Part shown: piece by piece, positions 58,491 to 64,000 of the stretch
Numbering within the stretch: the stretch's first letter is position 1
Layout: each line of letters opens with the position of its first letter
From: a virus
Length of the DNA: 64,000 nucleotides
Virus record (IMG/VR): IMGVR_UViG_3300020176_000011
Coordinates: 1-64,000 of that record
Direction: 5' to 3' (one strand)
Notes under the pieces: generated by a model
Databases searched by the model: none
Told to the model about the DNA's origin: nothing
The model's input: only the letters and a program-made list of their open reading frames with translations
Program-made: the position numbers and the translations under genes

Positions 58491-58937
58491 ATGGTGACCC
58501 GAGTGGACAACCAGGCCTACATGCAGATGACGCAGGCTCAGCGTGACGCCTATCACGACAAGCGTCGTCGCGAACAGAACGACGTGGATCGGAAGCGTCT
58601 GCTGAAGATCCCGATGTTCTTGACGCGCGAGTTCACCGACGCGCAAGGCCAGGTCCAGTTCCTGATCATCAAGCGGCACGTCAACAAGAGCTGCGCTGGA
58701 CTGTTCACCATTCACCAGAAGATTCCGAGCTTCTGGCAGCATCATTGGGCGCACTATCAAGCGCCCGGTGTACAGGGCAAATACGTCGGCTTCTATTTCG
58801 AGAAGGGTCACTACTGCGACGAGTACCCACCGACGATCCTCCAGGACCTGCACGACTACGCGCATGGTGACCTGAAGCCGTTGGAGGACCGCTACGGTGG
58901 TCAGTTCGACCAGTCGCGCTTTCAATGGGAGCTGTGA
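58491..58937 (+). CDS. Hypothetical protein
   Basis: In-operon ORF with phage codon usage. Confidence 0.55.
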   Translation: MVTRVDNQAYMQMTQAQRDAYHDKRRREQNDVDRKRLLKIPMFLTREFTDAQGQVQFLIIKRHVNKSCAGLFTIHQKIPSFWQHHWAHYQAPGVQGKYVGFYFEKGHYCDEYPPTILQDLHDYAHGDLKPLEDRYGGQFDQSRFQWEL

Positions 58938-58938
58938 A

Positions 58939-59262
58939 ATGTCGCTCGATGTGTGGCTGATGAAGACGCAGCCGACCGAGGTGTTCAGTGCGAACATCAC
59001 GCACAACCTCAACACGATGGCCGAGGAAGCTGGTGTCTACCAGCACCTGTGGCGGCCGGAAGAGATTGGCATCAGCAAAGCGGGTGACCTCATTCTTCCT
59101 CTGACCGAAGCGGTCAAGAAGATGGAGGAGAACCCGGTGCGTTTCCGTAAGCACAACGCACCGAATGGCTGGGGCACCTATGAAGGGCTGCTCAAGTTCA
59201 TCAAGAACTATCTGGCCGCCTGCATCGAGCATCCGGACGCTGAGATCGGAGTGTCGCGATGA
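58939..59262 (+). CDS. Conserved phage hypothetical protein
   Basis: MSLDV..ANITHNL..MA..AG.Y..LW.P...NGWGTY. Confidence 0.7.
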   Translation: MSLDVWLMKTQPTEVFSANITHNLNTMAEEAGVYQHLWRPEEIGISKAGDLILPLTEAVKKMEENPVRFRKHNAPNGWGTYEGLLKFIKNYLAACIEHPDAEIGVSR

Positions 59263-59498
59263 GTTGGCAACCGATGCACACGGCTCCCATCGCCAAGGAT
59301 GACGATGGTGAGCCACAATACATTCTCGCCGCCGACGAAGACGGCGTGGTCGAGAAAGTCTTTTGGGGCGATTGCGCCGAAGGCATGGGTGGCGATGATC
59401 CCTGCAATACGTGGTGCATCGCCCACAGTCTCAACGACGAGCGCGGTGGTTGGAGTACCCACCTCGCCGTCAAATGGCAACCGCTTCCGGAGGCGTAA
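59259..59498 (+). CDS. DUF551-like protein
   Basis: WQPMHTAP...WQPLPEA. Confidence 0.55.
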   Translation: MSWQPMHTAPIAKDDDGEPQYILAADEDGVVEKVFWGDCAEGMGGDDPCNTWCIAHSLNDERGGWSTHLAVKWQPLPEA

Positions 59499-59744
59499 AT
59501 GAGCATCGCATCTTGGTGGAAAGAGTTCACCAAACCTGATCCTGAGATCGAGATGCAAGTCGCTCGGTATCAGGTCCACAAAGGCGCGGGCTATCTGATC
59601 TCTGCCTACGACCACATGGTTCGCAGCGGTCGTAACATGCGCAACTTCATCGTGTCCGACTGGACGGTGAAGAGCCACACCGATGGATACTGGCAAGTTA
59701 GCCTGCATTTCATCGGACGCAGGATGATGGAGGGCGACCTGTGA
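59499..59744 (+). CDS. Hypothetical protein
   Basis: SD GGAGG, coupled. Confidence 0.5.
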   Translation: MSIASWWKEFTKPDPEIEMQVARYQVHKGAGYLISAYDHMVRSGRNMRNFIVSDWTVKSHTDGYWQVSLHFIGRRMMEGDL

Positions 59745-59983
59745 AGTGCCAGTGGGAACCCGCAGACATCTGGTGCGGTCGGGTCACCAAGTACAGCGAC
59801 GGTACGCAGGAGAAGTGGATGATCGGCTACGACGCCACCATTCGCGACAGTCGCAAGCACTACTGCCTGATCAGCCTCAACGACGGCATGATCATGCTCA
59901 AGAATTCGACGGCCGAAGAGGTGTGCAAGCATCTGACCGAGGCCAAGCTGGAGCCCGACGAGATCGTCAATAGGAGGAACTGA
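59741..59983 (+). CDS. Hypothetical protein
   Basis: GTGA-coupled, SD GGAGG. Confidence 0.5.
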   Translation: MKCQWEPADIWCGRVTKYSDGTQEKWMIGYDATIRDSRKHYCLISLNDGMIMLKNSTAEEVCKHLTEAKLEPDEIVNRRN

Positions 59984-60534
59984 TGGAAGAACCGTGGTCG
60001 ATCCGTCTCATTCACGAGACGTTGTGTGAGAGCGTGTTCACCGAACTCAAGCTGGTGATCCCGTTCGAGAAGCGTCCCGACGCTCCACGCTACGAGTGCT
60101 GGATGATGCGCGACACTCTCGCGCCCTACACCTACGGACGCAATCGTGGTGAGCGTACCTATCAGGCCAACGTCATGCCCGATCTGGTCAAGAAGATCGG
60201 CAAGTCGGTTCGTGAAATCCTGGGTGGCGACCGTGAGCCCGAGGGCTGCTTCGCCAACCTGTATCGCGATGCTCACGACCACCTCGGCTGGCATGCCGAC
60301 GCCAGCGACATGATCGACCACGAGTACCCGGTCGTCAGCGTCAGCTTCGGCGACCGTCGCCGCATTCAGTTCCGTCCGAACACCGAGCAGGACAAGGTTA
60401 CCGAGCTGTGGATGGAGCCCGGCAGCATCACCGTGATGCCCGCTGGCTTCCAGCACACGCATCAGCACCAGATCCCGAAAGAGGGACGCGTCATCGGCGA
60501 GCGCGTCAGTTTGACATATCGCTGGCTCAAGTAG
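59983..60534 (+). CDS. alkB: AlkB-family 2OG-Fe(II) dioxygenase (ALKBH2/3-like)
   Basis: NLYRDAHDHLGWHAD, SVSFG..R, M..GFQ..HQH.IPK, RVSLTYR. Confidence 0.88.
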   Translation: MEEPWSIRLIHETLCESVFTELKLVIPFEKRPDAPRYECWMMRDTLAPYTYGRNRGERTYQANVMPDLVKKIGKSVREILGGDREPEGCFANLYRDAHDHLGWHADASDMIDHEYPVVSVSFGDRRRIQFRPNTEQDKVTELWMEPGSITVMPAGFQHTHQHQIPKEGRVIGERVSLTYRWLK

Positions 60535-60543
60535 GAGACGACA

Positions 60544-61500
60544 ATGGCAATCCGGAAAAACGACATCGGCAAGCGGGTGAAGTTCATCAGCTCCATCGAC
60601 AGGACGACGACCAGGTTCGGTCGGCTGATCACCTATGGTGCGGGCCACTCGGCCGTCATGATCGAGAAGGACGGTCTGATGCCCGCCGAACGGTTCGAGG
60701 AACGCTCGCTGGTCGAGACGGCCAAGCTGAACCTCGCCGAAGTTCAGATCACGAAGACCGACATCGGCCAGACCTTCATGTGGAACCCGCCCGCCCCGGC
60801 GACCTCGTGCAAGGTGCAGCTGATCGAACTGCGCGTCCATCCGTCCGACGAACGCATCACGTCGGCGCTCGTGCAGGCCAACGGCCGCCAGTTCGTTGTC
60901 TGGGCCAAGCACCTCCAGAAGGAAGACGACGCCACCCCGGCGCTGCCAATTTGGCAGGACATCAGCACCGCCCCGAAGGATCGTCCGATCCTGCTGATCA
61001 ATGACAAGGGTCATATGTCCACCTGCGAATGGCGGAAGGATATCTATGGCCTCAATTGCTGGCAGATTGCCAGTAGCACCACCTACGCTCAGTTCTTCGG
61101 AGCCTACATGTGGTCTGAACTCTTGGCACCGCCGCCGAAGCCGAAGCCCAAGTCGCCGCGTGAAGTCGCCGAGGAGAAGCTGCTCGCCGCCTACAACGAC
61201 ACGATCAATGTCGCGAACAACACGGCCAGCATGATCCGCAAGGCGAAGCAGAACTACATCGCCGCGCAGAACGCCTACTTCGTCGAGGTCCAGAAGCAGA
61301 ACGGCAAGCCCGCCAACTGGCTGATCAAGGAAGGCAAGGTCTACCTCATGATCGACTCTCCGTTCAGCCACTTCTCCAGCGAGAAGCTGGCCGAGTGGGT
61401 GGTCAAGGACCCGGCCAAGTATGCGGCTGCCGCCGCCGACCGGATGCTCTGGCTGAGCCAGCAGCGTCACTACGAGCGGTTCAAGCAGGGCAACCTGTGA
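60544..61500 (+). CDS. Multidomain hypothetical protein with internal DUF551-like segment (contains a palindrome copy)
   Basis: WQDISTAPKDRPILL; SD AGGAG. Confidence 0.6.
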   Translation: MAIRKNDIGKRVKFISSIDRTTTRFGRLITYGAGHSAVMIEKDGLMPAERFEERSLVETAKLNLAEVQITKTDIGQTFMWNPPAPATSCKVQLIELRVHPSDERITSALVQANGRQFVVWAKHLQKEDDATPALPIWQDISTAPKDRPILLINDKGHMSTCEWRKDIYGLNCWQIASSTTYAQFFGAYMWSELLAPPPKPKPKSPREVAEEKLLAAYNDTINVANNTASMIRKAKQNYIAAQNAYFVEVQKQNGKPANWLIKEGKVYLMIDSPFSHFSSEKLAEWVVKDPAKYAAAAADRMLWLSQQRHYERFKQGNL

Positions 61501-61686
61501 TGCTGGTCGCCATGTTCTATATCCGACTCGCAGGGGCCTTGTGCCTCTGCGTGTTGGCCGGTGGGCTGATCGTCAGTGGTCAGCCCACCCTGGTCGTCTT
61601 CGGTGCGCTCTGCATCGCGGCGGCACTCTGCATGGTTCCGAGCCACAAACACACTCGGGACTACCAACCCATCTGAGGTCATCATC

Positions 61687-62097
61687 ATGCTCAAGAAATT
61701 TCTGATCGGCGCTGCTGCCCTCCTGCTGCTGGGCTGCAACGAAGACGCCAAGGTGGCCGGTGACAACCTCACCAAGGCCGCCGACAACTTCGAAATCACG
61801 AGACGCATTCTCTTCGTGAACACCATCACCGACAAGTACCTGCTGGAGATCGTCGGCCGGTGCAGTTTCGGACCGTCCGGTAGTACGCCGAAAACGGTCA
61901 ACGTCATCTGTAAGGTCGGTCCGACCGACTACAAGAAGCATTCCATGGTGATGGGCGACAACACCGTCGTCGTCGTGGAACACCTGAAGGCGACCAATGT
62001 CTCGGTCGACTTCTACCGCGTCACGTTCAAGCCGTCCGCCATCATCCCCGACATCGACATCCGAGGACCGGGGCTGGACCAGGAGAGCAAGAAATGA
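61687..62097 (+). CDS. Conserved phage lipoprotein
   Basis: Lipobox LLGC; ADNFEI.RRI.F.N.ITD.YLL.I.G.CS...YKKH...Y.V.FKP..IIPDID. Confidence 0.75.
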   Translation: MLKKFLIGAAALLLLGCNEDAKVAGDNLTKAADNFEITRRILFVNTITDKYLLEIVGRCSFGPSGSTPKTVNVICKVGPTDYKKHSMVMGDNTVVVVEHLKATNVSVDFYRVTFKPSAIIPDIDIRGPGLDQESKK

Positions 62098-62537
62098 GCA
62101 CCTACAACGCCGTCAGTATCGCGATCAACAACTTCAGGATCAACGGGAAGAAGCCGAGCGTCTACCTCGACCGAAACTACGAGAACCTCGACTTCACCAA
62201 CTTCGACATGAGCGACAGCAGCGTCGGCGACAGGGCCGTGTTCAGCACCCCGGCCGGTTCGGGTGTGATCGACCTCGGTCGGCCGTTCGGCTATCGCTTC
62301 CTCGTCTTCAAGAAGGTCGACGAGAAGAAGCGTGTCAGCTACCAGATCGTCACCGGCTGCCGTCGCTTCTCGCGCGAGGATGCACTGAAGCACCCGAACT
62401 GGAACTTCAACACGAAGCAGTACAGGCGTCGGGTTCGCGAAGAAGGTCACTGGGCGAAGCGCGTCGGCATCAAGGAACTGCTGGCCACCGTCGACCAGCT
62501 GGCCAAGTGCCATTGGGGCTACAAGATCCCCCGATGA
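62094..62537 (+). CDS. Hypothetical protein with the domain usually found after pentapeptide repeats
   Basis: GY.F...I.TGCR.FS..DA..H. Confidence 0.5.
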   Translation: MSTYNAVSIAINNFRINGKKPSVYLDRNYENLDFTNFDMSDSSVGDRAVFSTPAGSGVIDLGRPFGYRFLVFKKVDEKKRVSYQIVTGCRRFSREDALKHPNWNFNTKQYRRRVREEGHWAKRVGIKELLATVDQLAKCHWGYKIPR

Positions 62538-62899
62538 AGACGATCATCCACGTCAACCGTCAGCTCATTGCCTACAATCGAGCGACCGGAGCCGAGCTTC
62601 CCGTCTACACCATCAAGCGCGGAAAGCAGACGACCTACGGCTACGGCGTGGAGATCAAAGGCCCGAGCCAGATGGTAGACCCGCGCCACACGGCACCGTT
62701 GCCGTGTGGCGCACGAGCATGGATCGAAACCGAGGCACCAGTCATCATCGAAGGTGCCATGTCCTGGGCCGAGGTCCAGAGGAGGAAAGATGCCCACGAT
62801 TTTCCGTCTGCCCGTAAGAACGGTGATGGTACGCGCACAGTGCGAGTGCGGCGGCGAGATAAAGGCGGTTCAGGGCTACGACCTCCGTCGCCGGAATGA
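62534..62899 (+). CDS. Conserved phage hypothetical protein
   Basis: IHVNRQ.I..N...V.I.GPS...PL.CGARAWIET. Confidence 0.65.
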   Translation: MKTIIHVNRQLIAYNRATGAELPVYTIKRGKQTTYGYGVEIKGPSQMVDPRHTAPLPCGARAWIETEAPVIIEGAMSWAEVQRRKDAHDFPSARKNGDGTRTVRVRRRDKGGSGLRPPSPE

Positions 62900-63065
62900 G
62901 AAGGCTGAATGGGAGAGCATCTGCCACGGCAAGTGTGGGCAGACCTCCAAGCAGGATCGTGCGTACCCCTACGTCGACTACGAGCTGATCGACCACGCCG
63001 ATCCCTTCTATGAAGCTCGACAAGAACAGGAGCAAGCCAATGTCTCTGGAAATTCAATTCCCTAA
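62790..63065 (+). CDS. Small zinc-ribbon-like protein
   Basis: CECGG...CHGKCG; SD GGAGG. Confidence 0.5.
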   Translation: MPTIFRLPVRTVMVRAQCECGGEIKAVQGYDLRRRNEKAEWESICHGKCGQTSKQDRAYPYVDYELIDHADPFYEARQEQEQANVSGNSIP

Positions 63066-63282
63066 GTGTGATCGACTGACGACGCTGGGTAAGCTGAATG
63101 CAGGCGATCTGTTCACGCTGACGGATCAGCCGAAGCGTGTGTTGATGGTGGTCAGCCTCAACGGCCGGTTCAACGTCGCAGCTGGTGATTGGGGTGTTGT
63201 CTATCTCGACAGCGGACACTGCACCGTGATGACCACGCAGACCAGCGTTGTTCGTCAGAAGGCTAAGTTGGTGCTGGAATGA
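63040..63282 (+). CDS. Hypothetical small beta protein
   Basis: SD AGGAG. Confidence 0.55.
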   Translation: MSLEIQFPKCDRLTTLGKLNAGDLFTLTDQPKRVLMVVSLNGRFNVAAGDWGVVYLDSGHCTVMTTQTSVVRQKAKLVLE

Positions 63283-63578
63283 GTCGCCTCAACATCAAGG
63301 TGGAACCACCGGTTAAACCTCCGGTTACGATGCTACACGAAGCGAAGAAGGGGAGCGTCTTCTTCTTCAAGACCGCTTACGACCAGTTCGGACCAGAAGC
63401 GGAGCCGTACATGCGTCTCGACCATTCTCCCATCAACAGCTGGGGAGAAGTCGAGAACAACAAGATCGCCTGCGTCGACCTCGGCGATGGTGGCGTAGTG
63501 GTGCGTCATCGCACCACAGAGATCGTTCAGGTCAATGCTGATCTTCTGATCGGCGCAGTTCATGGAGCCGAAAAATGA
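63279..63578 (+). CDS. Hypothetical small beta protein, similar to the previous ORF
   Basis: Coupled ORF. Confidence 0.55.
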   Translation: MSRLNIKVEPPVKPPVTMLHEAKKGSVFFFKTAYDQFGPEAEPYMRLDHSPINSWGEVENNKIACVDLGDGGVVVRHRTTEIVQVNADLLIGAVHGAEK

Positions 63579-63952
63579 GCGAGAAGACGGTCGGGTACTA
63601 TCTCTCCAGCCTCATCGGCTATCGAGACGACACGGGCTACACAGAAGCCCACGCTATCGCCCGAGTGTGGATGGCGATCAACCCGAACCTCTTTCTCAGT
63701 CTGGCGCTGATCCCGAACCTCGCGCACCAGACCGGCCATGTCGTGCAGCTGAAGAGGCCCGTGTTCGGGCTGCATTCAGCTGCTATCGATGCGATGAAAG
63801 GTCGTCTCGAAAGCAGTGAAGAAGGTTGGATGGAGTTGTTGAACGGTCACTCGTTCCTCGTCCAGCCGCATCTTCTGAAAGAATTGTCGGCTCGTATCCG
63901 ACAGCACAAAGCGGAGTTGGTCGAATGCAATCCGTATTGTACCCGGTCATAG
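63575..63952 (+). CDS. Hypothetical protein
   Basis: ATGA-coupled, SD GGAG. Confidence 0.5.
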   Translation: MSEKTVGYYLSSLIGYRDDTGYTEAHAIARVWMAINPNLFLSLALIPNLAHQTGHVVQLKRPVFGLHSAAIDAMKGRLESSEEGWMELLNGHSFLVQPHLLKELSARIRQHKAELVECNPYCTRS

Positions 63953-64000
63953 GCTTCGCCATCGGTTACGCGATCTGCTGGTGGGCAAGTCGCAAGACTG

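Larger units (their letters stand above)
50897..60957. repeat. Dispersed 15-bp palindrome family CTGCCAA(A/T)TTGGCAG (11 copies)
   Basis: Cores at 50897 (16-bp AAATTT variant), 50922, 50979, 51140, 51793, 53267, 53376, 53958, 55500, 57625, 60943. Confidence 0.92.

Noticed and set aside
61059-61073. CTGGCAGATTGCCAG palindrome with inverted arms
   Set aside because: Single occurrence inside a CDS with arms opposite to the family consensus; likely chance.
1-64000. Lysogeny module, tRNA or rRNA genes
   Set aside because: No integrase, CI-like repressor or cloverleaf recognised by eye; tRNAscan-SE was not run.

Overview
The window is a 64-kb segment of a lytic-looking, GC-rich tailed phage with siphovirus-type morphogenesis genes (lambda-like tail tip M/L/K/I/J and a long tape measure). 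Spanins indicate a Gram-negative host; an alphaproteobacterium is plausible but not provable from the sequence. No integrase, tRNA or CRISPR array was seen. Layout: (1) 1-13.5 kb, + strand: replication, recombination and nucleotide metabolism (NDT-like, Dda/RecD-like helicase, family A DNA polymerase, MazG-like, RecU-like resolvase, DEDD exonuclease, SbcD/SbcC, ThyX, dNMP kinase, class II RNR). (2) 13.5-46.7 kb, - strand: terminase, HNH, portal, protease, capsid, tail, tail fibres, a Delta9-type fatty-acid desaturase and the lysis cassette. (3) 46.9-50.5 kb, + strand: TerS candidate, HNH-like protein, primase-helicase. (4) 50.5-53.5 kb: gene-poor, repeat- and palindrome-rich, probably the genome end, origin or early control region. 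(5) 53.5-64 kb: small early-type genes, including AlkB, a cupin-like protein and a paralog triplet. The strongest unexplained signal is a 15-bp near-palindrome, CTGCCAA(A/T)TTGGCAG, found in 11 copies between 50.9 and 61 kb with density falling away from 50.9 kb. It occurs both between genes and inside genes in different frames, and its copy-specific flanks extend the hairpin, often by G-U pairs on the + strand. A second 18-bp motif family, TGTKGCA-N4-TGWCACA, is interleaved in the same region. All counts and coordinates were obtained by eye.
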